In this document: positions 28,226-40,200 of the stretch, one piece after another
Layout of the letters: every line of letters starts with the position of its first letter
Numbering within the stretch: the first letter of the stretch is position 1
Assembly (NCBI GenBank): GCA_977017575.1
Contig: CDRNVI010000048.1
Coordinates: 255,757-319,756 of the forward strand
Direction: 5' to 3'
DNA: 64,000 nucleotides
Source of the DNA: Paramoeba atlantica
Taxonomy: Eukaryota; Protista; Discosea
The notes under the pieces: generated by a model
The model's input: the letters and a program-made list of their open reading frames with translations, nothing else
Told to the model about the DNA's origin: nothing
Databases searched by the model: none
Program-made: the position numbers and the translations under genes

Positions 28226-31200
28226 CTACTCCCCTTCCAGGGGAGCTTGGGGGTCACTGACGACTATCCGGGAGACCATCATGCGGGCCTGAGAGCGCAT
28301 GAGTGTGACGTTAAGCTCTTTCAGAAGGTCATTTCGGGCTTGAGCATCCGTGAGAAGACCTTTTGACGAGTTGGCGCGCAGTGCTCCCACCTTCCATAAG
28401 ACCGCCATTGCGCTTTTACTCCACGAGCCAAAAGACTCGACAACCATGGCCGTGAACCCTAGTTGTGCTTCTTCTGCTTCTTGACGTTGTTTTTCCTTCG
28501 TTTCTGAGTAATGCTCGGCGAAAGACCCTGCAGCCACCCAGCTAGCATTCCGGACAGAGTCCAAATACTTTGTTTGCTGTGCGTGGGTGACTGCGAAGTC
28601 TAGTACCATGCCTTTCCCTAGAGTGTACGTGGGGAGGAAAACGTCAGCCGGTCTGGTGAGACCCCCTCCTGGCCCCCGATTTCCTAGACTTTTTTCTCGC
28701 TGGGGAGCCATGTTGGCCTTGCTGCAAAAGGAGGCGAATTCTACACAAAGCGCATTGTGCCGCGTGATGAGGCCATGTCCGTTCTTGCACAATAATGCAT
28801 GCTCCCCATTTTTCTGTAGGGGTAGGGAACACCCGTTTGCTGTGCAGGGGCGGTCTTGGCCATAAATGTCCATGCCAAACCACCAGCGCGATAACGTGCG
28901 GAACTCGGTTGGTGTGAAAGCAAAACCTTTACTCCTTGAGGGCGTGACGAAGGCCCAGCTCCCAGCTCCCTTTCCTGACTGTGAAACCCATCGTGCTCGG
29001 GTGCGGGGGTCGGCCTGGCCGTAGGCTGTAGTGAATTCCTGCTGCGATATGGCTTGGCTCAGTTGCTGCTGCCGGGGTATAACCATTTCCGGCTCGGCCG
29101 TCTTATCCGCGTCCATGTTGTTGAGTATGTGTCGTGGGCGTTTGCTTCTCGAGGTGAGGTTGTGTCTTTGGCTGGACTCTGGATGTGGTTTATTCTGTTT
29201 CGGGATGCGTCCTGTACCGGGATCCACAAGTTCTACCCCCGCCTTTCTATTCACGTCCTGCACGGAAATGGTGAATCCCTCGGCTTCTGAAGGGTCCCAA
29301 TCGTCTGCATCGGCGGCGTGCGCAACGGAGGAGACATATGCTGCTGTTGCGTGGAGGAGAGAAGACCTGAGACCAAAACCCCCGTTGCGCTTCTTACGTT
29401 GGATTTGGTCACGCGCGTGGGAATCCAGAGGGAAAAGTGCCCATTCCGCGGCTTTTAGAACATTTTCATCAAGGGAATTACAAAGCTCAGAAAGCGCCTG
29501 AGGGGGTGTCGTGCGAAGTGCGTAGACCATTTGACAGAATCCAGTGCACTGCCGGATGAGGGACATGGCTACTTGTGGGTCTCCTATGAAACCTATTGCG
29601 TCTAATGTTTCGCGTGCGGGCTCAATGGCTTCTGACCTGAGAAACTCCACGCAATGCTCCGCTGACCCAATCGGGGAGCCCAAGATGTCGAAATTTCCAT
29701 CAGTACGAGTTTTAGTCTTCGGTATCTCTGGAAATAATCCTGTGAGATGGGATGAAGCAGGCGGTGTTATTATCTCACATTTCGATGGGTTTAGGAAAAG
29801 TCCGCATCGGGAGCCAACATTGGAAAAAACATCGAGCGCCTTCCTGACCTCCTCAGCCTCCCCTATGAGTACCCCGTCATCTAGGTACCAAAGTTGAGTG
29901 TCTAGATTCGACCGAGACGATATTTCTTCTGTTACACTGGATAGTACTAGAGAGAAGAGAAGAGGGCCTAGTGGGTCTCCTTGTTGTACCCCCTCTGCCG
30001 AGGGTATGACATTGTCTCTGTAGGTAAGACAGCTCACGTTGGAGTAACACCACTCTACCCAAGGTGAGAGTTCGGGGAAATTTAAGCGCGTGGTTAGGGT
30101 GAGAACAGGCCTGCTGACGTTATTGAAAGCGTTTCTTAAGTCCACTTTGCAGAAGACAAAATTGTCACTCCCCAGGTTATTGAGCATGGCTCTCCGGCAG
30201 AGGTGGATAACTCGTTCGGCTCCCGCGGGGGCTGCTACACCATATTGTCGCCCGTTGAACAGAGTACCCGCTTTCTCCTTTATCGAGATACATGCCGCCT
30301 TGCTTACGAGGCGTCTAAGGGTTTCACCCGCTGCGATTGGTCGAACATCGTCCTCGCCTTTTTCCAGGGCGCAGAGCCGGGCTCCAGCGTAGAATGATTG
30401 GACGTCTTGTGGCGCTTTTCCTTGAAGCATGTGGTTCACTAGTCGCGTGAGGGCCGAGAGAGGATTCACATCCTTGTCCACATGTTCCAAGATGGCTGCC
30501 TGGAGGTGCTCTGGACGAAGGCCCATCGTGCCGGCTGAAGATCCCCTGCGGAAGCTGACGATCGCTTTTTTGACCTCTGTTTCCTCTAGGTGTAGGGGGT
30601 TGCCCTCGATCGGTGGTAGATCATTCTGCAAGGGATTTTCGTGTGGGTCTGGATGCTTCTCCAAGAGCTTTTCGAGGGTATCTGCATTGTCTGGCGCCAT
30701 GGGGGCTGCGGTTAGGGCTGCCATTCCCCTGGAAAATTCCCCCTGGCGGGCCAAGAGTTCGGCTCGAATTGCCGCTCTGTCTGCATCGATTTCGGAGTCG
30801 CGTGATCTGGAGCGCTTTTTATAATGATCCCTCTGGGCATCTTCCCATAGCAAGAGGTACTCCCCCGCTAGCCACAGTTTCATGCGGTTTTCGACGTACG
30901 TAGAGTATGATGTGTGGCCTTTGCGACCGCCTCGGAAAGGTGCTGGTAGGACACACTTAGGGAGCATTGCGAGAAGTGTCCATGCCTCTACCGTGTTTTC
31001 CTTCACTGCGGATGTCAAGGATTGCGTGAGGATGCTCGCCCAGAGGAATCTGCAACAGTGTGGAACGTCTTTGCAGGTACTCATGGGAAGTGCGCAGATG
31101 GAGCCGAGTGATGGCAAATTGTCTGTTGGATTTTCTTCTGCGTTTTGGGGACGTGCCGTTGGTGGGGCTAATGACCGTCCGGAATTGTTGCGGCCCCTGC

Positions 31201-31816
31201 AGTTTTTGGGGTGAGACTTGAGCTTGTTCTTGGCGTAGTGTCTGCCACAATCTCTGCAGAGGAATCTTCCCTCTCCCTCCCACCACTCGTTTGGAATGTT
31301 TTTGCCGTGTCGATGAGCTACATGGTGATAAAATGCCTGCCATTTTCCGCTATGTGGTGGGGTTTTCCACGTACATCCTTCTGCTGGGCATTGACGTTCT
31401 ACATCCTTCTGCTGCGTATTGGCGTTGTGGTATGTGGTAGGGGCAGAATCAGTATTCTTGCGCTTTGTAGCCTTAGTTGGAGAGAAAATGTGGGCGGATG
31501 AGGCCTCCGAAGTAATTCCCACGTTGTTTGCCACGACAAGGGAGTGATTTGTCTCTTCGTCCGCGGTCATTCTGCCTGTGTCCGGTGTAGGTTCCTCTGC
31601 CGCGATCTTGTAGGCTCTTTCGGTCCAGTGTTTAGGTACGTTTTCGGGGATAGGTGTCGTATACAAAAGTTCATTGTAGGTGCTTTGGCCGGAAATCAGG
31701 TGAGCGTTTCCTGCGAATTGGTCCCAATCTCCGGGTTTGTGTGACATTTGTTCCTGGCGAAAAGAGTCATCATCCATTGGTAACGCGTTGGCATCAAAGG
31801 AATCATCGGGCGGCAT
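28226..31816 (-). CDS. Family B polyprotein, 1196 aa
   Basis: Intact; differs from copy 1 at PPQAL/PPHAL and FPLD/FLLD. Confidence 0.95.
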   Translation of the reverse strand: MPPDDSFDANALPMDDDSFRQEQMSHKPGDWDQFAGNAHLISGQSTYNELLYTTPIPENVPKHWTERAYKIAAEEPTPDTGRMTADEETNHSLVVANNVGITSEASSAHIFSPTKATKRKNTDSAPTTYHNANTQQKDVERQCPAEGCTWKTPPHSGKWQAFYHHVAHRHGKNIPNEWWEGEGRFLCRDCGRHYAKNKLKSHPKNCRGRNNSGRSLAPPTARPQNAEENPTDNLPSLGSICALPMSTCKDVPHCCRFLWASILTQSLTSAVKENTVEAWTLLAMLPKCVLPAPFRGGRKGHTSYSTYVENRMKLWLAGEYLLLWEDAQRDHYKKRSRSRDSEIDADRAAIRAELLARQGEFSRGMAALTAAPMAPDNADTLEKLLEKHPDPHENPLQNDLPPIEGNPLHLEETEVKKAIVSFRRGSSAGTMGLRPEHLQAAILEHVDKDVNPLSALTRLVNHMLQGKAPQDVQSFYAGARLCALEKGEDDVRPIAAGETLRRLVSKAACISIKEKAGTLFNGRQYGVAAPAGAERVIHLCRRAMLNNLGSDNFVFCKVDLRNAFNNVSRPVLTLTTRLNFPELSPWVEWCYSNVSCLTYRDNVIPSAEGVQQGDPLGPLLFSLVLSSVTEEISSRSNLDTQLWYLDDGVLIGEAEEVRKALDVFSNVGSRCGLFLNPSKCEIITPPASSHLTGLFPEIPKTKTRTDGNFDILGSPIGSAEHCVEFLRSEAIEPARETLDAIGFIGDPQVAMSLIRQCTGFCQMVYALRTTPPQALSELCNSLDENVLKAAEWALFPLDSHARDQIQRKKRNGGFGLRSSLLHATAAYVSSVAHAADADDWDPSEAEGFTISVQDVNRKAGVELVDPGTGRIPKQNKPHPESSQRHNLTSRSKRPRHILNNMDADKTAEPEMVIPRQQQLSQAISQQEFTTAYGQADPRTRARWVSQSGKGAGSWAFVTPSRSKGFAFTPTEFRTLSRWWFGMDIYGQDRPCTANGCSLPLQKNGEHALLCKNGHGLITRHNALCVEFASFCSKANMAPQREKSLGNRGPGGGLTRPADVFLPTYTLGKGMVLDFAVTHAQQTKYLDSVRNASWVAAGSFAEHYSETKEKQRQEAEEAQLGFTAMVVESFGSWSKSAMAVLWKVGALRANSSKGLLTDAQARNDLLKELNVTLMRSQARMMVSRIVVSDPQAPLEGE

Positions 31817-31858
31817 GGTGCGACCCTAGTAAGCAATAAAGAGAAAGAAAAATTAATT

Positions 31859-31894
31859 CAACAAGGTACAGAAACTGTATCTTTATCGTTAAAG
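31859..31894 (-). other. Retroposed SL exon
   Basis: 36-nt SL abutting T24. Confidence 0.82.
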
Positions 31895-32430
31895 TTTTTT
31901 TTTTTTTTTTTTTTTTTTGGCATTGCCTCTATATTTTGACCCAGTAGACGAACCAAGTACATAGTAGGTCCATTAGGGGGGTATATGAATTTAAAACAAG
32001 CAATCAAATTAGCAATTCTTTTTATTTCCACAGAAGTATATTTTCTTTTTCTTTTTTCTCAGCCCAAAACTAGCAATTTAATCTCCCCTAAGTATATACG
32101 ACAAACAAGACACAGTAAAAATAAAAACAAGCAATCCAGACCCAATCCATTCGCGCGTTCCGGACCGGGTCTTTCGACCACTCCACGGCCTGACTTGTGA
32201 ACCCTTCCCTTGTTATGTGGGAGGGCGCAGGCGCGGGCCTGTGTCGACAGCGACACGGTCGCGAAACAGGATGCTGGCCGACGGGGAGGAGATTCACTAC
32301 CCGTGTACTACCTCACTTGGGGTACCTAGCCCTCGCGGGCTAGGCGTGAGCATAGTCTCTGTCGACCCGGCCAGCACCCGTCCTGGATATTATGGCGTCT
32401 TCGTGCTGAAACTGGACTGTCAGTAGAGGC

Positions 32431-35400
32431 TTAAGCCTCTACCAAAGGATCCGCTGGGTCCTCTACGCGGATGCGCGAAACCATCATCCTGGCTTGAGAA
32501 CGCATTAGCGTTACGTTCAGATCTGTTAGGAGATCGTTTCGCGCTTGGTCTCGTGAAAGGAGCCCTTTGGATGCATTCGCCCGTTGGGTTCCGATGTCCC
32601 GGAGTAACGCTAGCGCACTCTCGCTCCAGGAACCAAAGGATTCCACCACCATCGCTGTGAAGAGATGTCCTGCTTTTTCTGCTTCTTGTCGCTGTCGCGC
32701 CTTGGTCTCCGCGAAGTGCTCGGCAAAAGACCCCGGGGTCACCCAGCTAGCATTGTGGACTGAGTCCAAATACTTTGTTTGCTGTGCGTGAGTGACCGCA
32801 AAATCTAGGACCATGCCTTGCGCTAAAGATCCTTTGGCGATGGAGGCAGTTGGCAGAAATACGTCTGCTGGTCTCGTGAGAGCCCCCCCAGGACCCCGAT
32901 TTCCCAAACTCTTCTCTCTCTGTGGCGCCAGGAAGGCTCTGCTGCAGAACGATGTAAATTGTTGGGCCAGAGCGTTGTGCCGTGAGATGATACCATGGCC
33001 GTTCTTGCAGAGCAAAGCGTGCTCTCCATTCTTGAGCAAGGGAAGGGTGCACCCGTCAGCTGGGCAAGGCCGATCTTCGGGGAAGACGTCCATGCCTAGC
33101 CACCAGCGTGTTAGGGTACGAAACTCCGTGTGGGTGAAAGCGTAGCCTCTGGTCTTGGAGGGAGTTGCGAAAGCCCAGTTTCCGGCCCCTTTTCCGGACT
33201 GCGAGATCCATCGCGCCCGCGTTCTTGCGTCTGCCTTTGAATATGCCGTTTGAAATTCCCTATCCGAGATAGCTTGGCTGAGATGTTTTTGCCTCGGGAT
33301 GATCTTTTCCTGATCCGTCGAGACCGGGAGAAGGGCGTGATTGAGGGATTGTGCGAGTTTTCTTTTCGCTGGGCGGGAAAGGATGCTCCGATTTGCATGA
33401 TATTCACCAGGCACACTAGGTTTGGTAATGCGTCCAGTGTATGGATCAACCAGATCAGTCCCAACTTTGTCATTTATGTCATGTGCTGAGCTGGAAAATC
33501 CCTCAGCTTCTGTGGGGTCCCAGTTGTCCAAGCTAGCGGCGTGCGCGACGGAAGAAACGTAGGCTGCTGACTGGTGGAGAATTGATGAGCGAAGTCCGAA
33601 CCCGCCGTGGCGTTTTGGTCGTTGTATTTGGTCGCTAGCGGCGACGCCTAAGGGAGAAATTGCGTGCTCCACGGCCTGGACTAGATGAGAGTCAAGTTTT
33701 TGGCATAATTCTCCAAGGGCTTGGGGAGGAGTGGTGCGCAGTGCGTACACCATCTGACAAAACCCCGAACATTGCCGTATTAGTGCGAGAGCTATTTGGG
33801 GATCTTCTAACACAGCAGTAGCTTCTAATGTTTCGCGGGCTGGTTCAATCGCGTGTGTCATGAGAAACTCCGCACAGTGTTCCGCAGAGCCTATTGGGCT
33901 TCCAAGAATGTCGAAGTTCCCGTCGTACCGTATTTTATCACTGGGGATGTCAGGAAAGAAAACGGAGGTATGAGCTGATGCTGGGGGGGTAATGATCTCG
34001 CACTTGGAGAGATTCAGGAAGAGTCCCCACTTCGGTCCTATCTCGTCGAGGACGTCTAGGGCTTTACGGACTTCTTTGGGCTCACCTACAAGCACACCGT
34101 CATCTAAATACCATAATTGTGTTCGTAGGTTAGAATTTGATGCAATTTCTTCTGTTACCTCTGCTAACACCAAGGAGAAGAGGAGTGGGCCCAGAGGGTC
34201 TCCTTGTTGCACTCCTTCTGCCGAGGGGATAAAATCATTGCCGAATGTGAGACAGCTGTGATTGGCATAACACCATTCTACCCATGGGGATAGTTCAGGG
34301 AAATGCTTTCGTGTGAGGAAGATGAAGACGGGTCGGCTCACGTTATTAAAGGCGTTCCGAAGATCCACCTTACAGAACGTTATGTTCTCATTTTCTTCAT
34401 TATTTCTCATTAGACGGCGACAAAGGTGTATCACTCTTTCCGCCCCAGCAGACGCTGCGACCCCGTATTGACGACGTCCAAAGAAGGATCCTGCTTTTTC
34501 TTTTATCGAAAGGCACACTGCCTTGCTCACCAGGCGTCTAAGGGTTTCCCCCGCAGCGATAGGCCGCACGTCATCTTCCCCTTTTTCGAGTGCGCATAGC
34601 CGTGCCCCTGCAAAAAAAGGTTGCACTTCGTCTGGGGCTTTGCCAGCTAGGAGATGGTTTACGAAGGAAGTGAGCGTCGTAAGAGGATTCATATTCTGGT
34701 CGACGTGCTCTTGAAGCGCTGTTTGGAGGTGTTCAGGCCGGAGCCCCATAGTCCCAGCAGAGGATCCGCGACGGAAGGTATCTACTGCTTTTCTCACCTC
34801 GGATTCGTCCAGTTTTAAAGCTTCTTCTTCCAGGGGAGGTAGGGGGCACGAGATGGGATTACCATGGGGGCTAGGGTGTTTTTCCTGCAGCTTTAGCAGG
34901 GTTTCCTCGCTGTATGGTGCAAGTGGAGCTGCAGTAAGGGCAGCCATGCCTCGGGAAAATTCTCCTTGGCGAACCAGAATTTCAGCCCGTATTGCAGCCT
35001 TGTCTTCTTCACCCTCAATCTCATTATTCGGCACTTTTGAGCGCTTCCTGTCATGCTCCGAATTTGCTTGGGCCCATAGGGTGGTATATTGGCCTTGTAT
35101 CCAAAGTTCCATTCTCTTTGAGATGTAGGAGGTATAGGACTTGTGAGCTTTGCGGCCTCCTCGGTACGGGGCTGGTAGGACGCATTTCGGAAGCAAGGCA
35201 AGAAGGGTCCAGGCTCTCAGTGAGTTTTCGTTTACCGCGGTGGAGAGGGCTGCGGTAAAAATTCTGGTCCACAGATATCGACATCGGTGTGGGACATCCT
35301 TGCACGTGCTTATTTGAGTCGTGCAAACTTCCTCTAGGGACGGTAGACTATGCGTACCTTGTATATCGTACATGGCTTCCCCGGACTCTGACAGCTGTGA

Positions 35401-36231
35401 AGGCTGCTGTGGTTGTGAGGGCGGCTGCGAGGAGGGTGGTGTAGATTGCATTTTACAATGATTCAAATGAGAAGTTTTCTTGCTAATATCGTAATGACGA
35501 CCGCATGCGTCGCAGAGAAATCGTCCTTCCTTTGTCCACCAGTCATTGGGTATGTTATTTCCGTGTCGGTAAGCAACGTGGTTGTAGTACGACTGCCATT
35601 GACCTCCATGGGCACGAGTTTTCCAAATACAGTTTTCTGCGGGGCACTCCCTTTGTGTCGGACGGTTTTGGGAAGATGGAAACGTGAGAACTGCTTCGCT
35701 CGTCGAAGGTGGGATTTCAAGGGAAGTTCCTTGTACTATTTGGCGTGGAGAGTTGTTTTCGGGGTTATGTTCCGTCGCTTCCCCCTTTCGAGGTGTAGCT
35801 GGTTCGCGCGCTTTTCGATGAGACTTTACGATTCCCCGATTCCCTTTGACGCTTGGGGGTGTGGAAGATGGTTGGCATCGAGTAAACTTTTTAGTGATAG
35901 TGTTGCTATCAGATTGCGTTTTTTGGTGTCCATGATGTAATCTGATGACTCGTGAGTGGTTTGTTTCCTCATCGCTACTATCTACCTGTCCCGTATCACG
36001 TGTCTGGTTCTCAGTTGAGATCAAGGCGGCGTTCATGTTCCATTCTTCCGGAATGTTCGCAGGAATAGGGGTCGTGTAGAGCAATTCGTTGTACGTACTC
36101 CGTTGCTTAATGAGATGTGCGTTTCCAGCAAACTGGTCCCAGGATCCTCTATTGTGTACTGCTTCCTCTTGTAAAAATGAATCGTCGTCCATCGGCGGAG
36201 GTGAGGCTTTGAGAAGATCGTTTTCAGACAT
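32431..36231 (-). CDS. Family C polyprotein (ZnF-RT-CCHC-RLE), 1266 aa
   Basis: Uninterrupted ORF with all RT and RLE motifs. Confidence 0.95.
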   Translation of the reverse strand: MSENDLLKASPPPMDDDSFLQEEAVHNRGSWDQFAGNAHLIKQRSTYNELLYTTPIPANIPEEWNMNAALISTENQTRDTGQVDSSDEETNHSRVIRLHHGHQKTQSDSNTITKKFTRCQPSSTPPSVKGNRGIVKSHRKAREPATPRKGEATEHNPENNSPRQIVQGTSLEIPPSTSEAVLTFPSSQNRPTQRECPAENCIWKTRAHGGQWQSYYNHVAYRHGNNIPNDWWTKEGRFLCDACGRHYDISKKTSHLNHCKMQSTPPSSQPPSQPQQPSQLSESGEAMYDIQGTHSLPSLEEVCTTQISTCKDVPHRCRYLWTRIFTAALSTAVNENSLRAWTLLALLPKCVLPAPYRGGRKAHKSYTSYISKRMELWIQGQYTTLWAQANSEHDRKRSKVPNNEIEGEEDKAAIRAEILVRQGEFSRGMAALTAAPLAPYSEETLLKLQEKHPSPHGNPISCPLPPLEEEALKLDESEVRKAVDTFRRGSSAGTMGLRPEHLQTALQEHVDQNMNPLTTLTSFVNHLLAGKAPDEVQPFFAGARLCALEKGEDDVRPIAAGETLRRLVSKAVCLSIKEKAGSFFGRRQYGVAASAGAERVIHLCRRLMRNNEENENITFCKVDLRNAFNNVSRPVFIFLTRKHFPELSPWVEWCYANHSCLTFGNDFIPSAEGVQQGDPLGPLLFSLVLAEVTEEIASNSNLRTQLWYLDDGVLVGEPKEVRKALDVLDEIGPKWGLFLNLSKCEIITPPASAHTSVFFPDIPSDKIRYDGNFDILGSPIGSAEHCAEFLMTHAIEPARETLEATAVLEDPQIALALIRQCSGFCQMVYALRTTPPQALGELCQKLDSHLVQAVEHAISPLGVAASDQIQRPKRHGGFGLRSSILHQSAAYVSSVAHAASLDNWDPTEAEGFSSSAHDINDKVGTDLVDPYTGRITKPSVPGEYHANRSILSRPAKRKLAQSLNHALLPVSTDQEKIIPRQKHLSQAISDREFQTAYSKADARTRARWISQSGKGAGNWAFATPSKTRGYAFTHTEFRTLTRWWLGMDVFPEDRPCPADGCTLPLLKNGEHALLCKNGHGIISRHNALAQQFTSFCSRAFLAPQREKSLGNRGPGGALTRPADVFLPTASIAKGSLAQGMVLDFAVTHAQQTKYLDSVHNASWVTPGSFAEHFAETKARQRQEAEKAGHLFTAMVVESFGSWSESALALLRDIGTQRANASKGLLSRDQARNDLLTDLNVTLMRSQARMMVSRIRVEDPADPLVEA

Positions 36232-36277
36232 GAGAAAGAACCGCGTACCTGGAAAAGATGAAATAAAGAAAATAATT

Positions 36278-36313
36278 CAACAAGGTACAGAAACTGTATC
36301 TTTATCGTTAAAG
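36278..36313 (-). other. Retroposed SL exon
   Basis: 36-nt SL joined to the C 5' UTR (AATTATTTT...). Confidence 0.82.
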
Positions 36314-36700
36314 TTTTTTTTTTTTTTTTTTTTTTTTTTTTGACGAACCAAGTACATAGTAGGTCCATTAGGGGGGTATATGAATTTAAAACAAGCAATC
36401 AAATTAGCAATTCTTTTTATTTCCACAGAAGTATATTTTCTTTTTCTTTTTTCTCAGCCCAAAACTAGCAATTTAATCTCCCCTAAGTATATACGACAAA
36501 CAAGACACAGTAAAAATAAAAACAAGCAATCCAGACCCAATCCATTCGCGCGTTCCGGACCGGGTCTTTCGACCACTCCACGGCCTGACTTGTGAACCCT
36601 TCCCTTGTTATGTGGGAGGGCGCAGGCGCGGGCCTGTGTCGACAGCGACACGGTCGCGAAACAGGATGCTGGCCGACGGGGAGGAGATTCACTACCCGTG
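36314..36700 (-). mobile_element. Family C-type 3' UTR-only module, truncated within the structured block
   Basis: T28, tail beginning at gacgaacc, ends at actacccgtg before T23. Confidence 0.85.
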
Positions 36701-37243
36701 TTTTTTTTTTTTTTTTTTTTTTTGCAATTAATAAGGGGGGAGAAGTATGAATCGCGGCATTGCCTCTATATTTTGACCCAGTAGACGAACCAAGTAGGTC
36801 CATTGGGGGGGGGGGTATACGAATTGAAAACAAACAATCAAATTAGCAATTCTTTTTCTGTCCACAGATGTACCTTTTTTCTCAGCCCAAAACTAGCAAT
36901 TTAGTCTCCCCTAAGTATATACTACAAACAAGAAAAACAGTAAAAATTAAAACAAGCAATCCATGCCCAATCCATTCGCGCGTTCCGGACCGGGTCTTTC
37001 GACCTCTCCACGGCCTGACTTGTGAACCCTTCCCTTGTTATATGGGAGGGCGCAGGCGCGGGCCTGTGTCGACAGCGACACGGTCGCGAAACAGGATGCT
37101 GGCCGACGGGGAGGAGATTCACTGCCCGTGTACTACCTCACTTGGGGTACCTAGCCCTCGCGAGCTAGGCGTGAGTATAGACTCTGTCGACGCGACCAGC
37201 ACCCTAATCGTCTTGTTACCCTAGAGGACCATGCCTGTGGGCC

Positions 37244-40200
37244 CTACTCCCCTTCCAGGGGAGCTTGGGGGTCACTGACGACTATCCGGGAGACCATCAT
37301 GCGGGCCTGAGAGCGCATGAGTGTGACGTTAAGCTCTTTCAGAAGGTCATTTCGGGCTTGAGCATCCGTGAGAAGACCTTTTGACGAGTTGGCGCGCAGT
37401 GCTCCCACCTTCCATAAGACCGCCATTGCGCTTTTACTCCACGAGCCAAAAGACTCGACAACCATGGCCGTGAACCCTAGTTGTGCTTCTTCTGCTTCTT
37501 GACGTTGTTTTTCCTTCGTTTCTGAGTAATGCTCGGCGAAAGACCCTGCAGCCACCCAGCTAGCATTCCGGACAGAGTCCAAATACTTTGTTTGCTGTGC
37601 GTGGGTGACTGCGAAGTCTAGTACCATGCCTTTCCCTAGAGTGTACGTGGGGAGGAAAACGTCAGCCGGTCTGGTGAGACCCCCTCCTGGCCCCCGATTT
37701 CCTAGACTTTTTTCTCGCTGGGGAGCCATGTTGGCCTTGCTGCAAAAGGAGGCGAATTCTACACAAAGCGCATTGTGCCGCGTGATGAGGCCATGTCCGT
37801 TCTTGCACAATAATGCATGCTCCCCATTTTTCTGTAGGGGTAGGGAACACCCGTTTGCTGTGCAGGGGCGGTCTTGGCCATAAATGTCCATGCCAAACCA
37901 CCAGCGCGATAACGTGCGGAACTCGGTTGGTGTGAAAGCAAAACCTTTACTCCTTGAGGGCGTGACGAAGGCCCAGCTCCCAGCTCCCTTTCCTGACTGT
38001 GAAACCCATCGTGCTCGGGTGCGGGGGTCGGCCTGGCCGTAGGCTGTAGTGAATTCCTGCTGCGATATGGCTTGGCTCAGTTGCTGCTGCCGGGGTATAA
38101 CCATTTCCGGCTCGGCCGTCTTATCCGCGTCCATGTTGTTGAGTATGTGTCGTGGGCGTTTGCTTCTCGAGGTGAGGTTGTGTCTTTGGCTGGACTCTGG
38201 ATGTGGTTTATTCTGTTTCGGGATGCGTCCTGTACCGGGATCCACAAGTTCTACCCCCGCCTTTCTATTCACGTCCTGCACGGAAATGGTGAATCCCTCG
38301 GCTTCTGAAGGGTCCCAATCGTCTGCATCGGCGGCGTGCGCAACGGAGGAGACATATGCTGCTGTTGCGTGGAGGAGAGAAGACCTGAGACCAAAACCCC
38401 CGTTGCGCTTCTTACGTTGGATTTGGTCACGCGCGTGGGAATCCAGAGGGAAAAGTGCCCATTCCGCGGCTTTTAGAACATTTTCATCAAGGGAATTACA
38501 AAGCTCAGAAAGCGCCTGAGGGGGTGTCGTGCGAAGTGCGTAGACCATTTGACAGAATCCAGTGCACTGCCGGATGAGGGACATGGCTACTTGTGGGTCT
38601 CCTATGAAACCTATTGCGTCTAATGTTTCGCGTGCGGGCTCAATGGCTTCTGACCTGAGAAACTCCACGCAATGCTCCGCTGACCCAATCGGGGAGCCCA
38701 AGATGTCGAAATTTCCATCAGTACGAGTTTTAGTCTTCGGTATCTCTGGAAATAATCCTGTGAGATGGGATGAAGCAGGCGGTGTTATTATCTCACATTT
38801 CGATGGGTTTAGGAAAAGTCCGCATCGGGAGCCAACATTGGAAAAAACATCGAGCGCCTTCCTGACCTCCTCAGCCTCCCCTATGAGTACCCCGTCATCT
38901 AGGTACCAAAGTTGAGTGTCTAGATTCGACCGAGACGATATTTCTTCTGTTACACTGGATAGTACTAGAGAGAAGAGAAGAGGGCCTAGTGGGTCTCCTT
39001 GTTGTACCCCCTCTGCCGAGGGTATGACATTGTCTCTGTAGGTAAGACAGCTCACGTTGGAGTAACACCACTCTACCCAAGGTGAGAGTTCGGGGAAATT
39101 TAAGCGCGTGGTTAGGGTGAGAACAGGCCTGCTGACGTTATTGAAAGCGTTTCTTAAGTCCACTTTGCAGAAGACAAAATTGTCACTCCCCAGGTTATTG
39201 AGCATGGCTCTCCGGCAGAGGTGGATAACTCGTTCGGCTCCCGCGGGGGCTGCTACACCATATTGTCGCCCGTTGAACAGAGTACCCGCTTTCTCCTTTA
39301 TCGAGATACATGCCGCCTTGCTTACGAGGCGTCTAAGGGTTTCACCCGCTGCGATTGGTCGAACATCGTCCTCGCCTTTTTCCAGGGCGCAGAGCCGGGC
39401 TCCAGCGTAGAATGATTGGACGTCTTGTGGCGCTTTTCCTTGAAGCATGTGGTTCACTAGTCGCGTGAGGGCCGAGAGAGGATTCACATCCTTGTCCACA
39501 TGTTCCAAGATGGCTGCCTGGAGGTGCTCTGGACGAAGGCCCATCGTGCCGGCTGAAGATCCCCTGCGGAAGCTGACGATCGCTTTTTTGACCTCTGTTT
39601 CCTCTAGGTGTAGGGGGTTGCCCTCGATCGGTGGTAGATCATTCTGCAAGGGATTTTCGTGTGGGTCTGGATGCTTCTCCAAGAGCTTTTCGAGGGTATC
39701 TGCATTGTCTGGCGCCATGGGGGCTGCGGTTAGGGCTGCCATTCCCCTGGAAAATTCCCCCTGGCGGGCCAAGAGTTCGGCTCGAATTGCCGCTCTGTCT
39801 GCATCGATTTCGGAGTCGCGTGATCTGGAGCGCTTTTTATAATGATCCCTCTGGGCATCTTCCCATAGCAAGAGGTACTCCCCCGCTAGCCACAGTTTCA
39901 TGCGGTTTTCGACGTACGTAGAGTATGATGTGTGGCCTTTGCGACCGCCTCGGAAAGGTGCTGGTAGGACACACTTAGGGAGCATTGCGAGAAGTGTCCA
40001 TGCCTCTACCGTGTTTTCCTTCACTGCGGATGTCAAGGATTGCGTGAGGATGCTCGCCCAGAGGAATCTGCAACAGTGTGGAACGTCTTTGCAGGTACTC
40101 ATGGGAAGTGCGCAGATGGAGCCGAGTGATGGCAAATTGTCTGTTGGATTTTCTTCTGCGTTTTGGGGACGTGCCGTTGGTGGGGCTAATGACCGTCCGG

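Larger units (their letters stand above)
27756..31894 (-). mobile_element. Family B copy 2 (SL-capped, intact)
   Basis: T30 added at an upstream site (into the G-run); SL at 31859-31894. Confidence 0.95.
31895..36313 (-). mobile_element. Family C copy 2 (SL-capped, intact)
   Basis: T24 tail at a shortened 3' end, 1266-aa ORF, SL at 36278-36313. Confidence 0.95.
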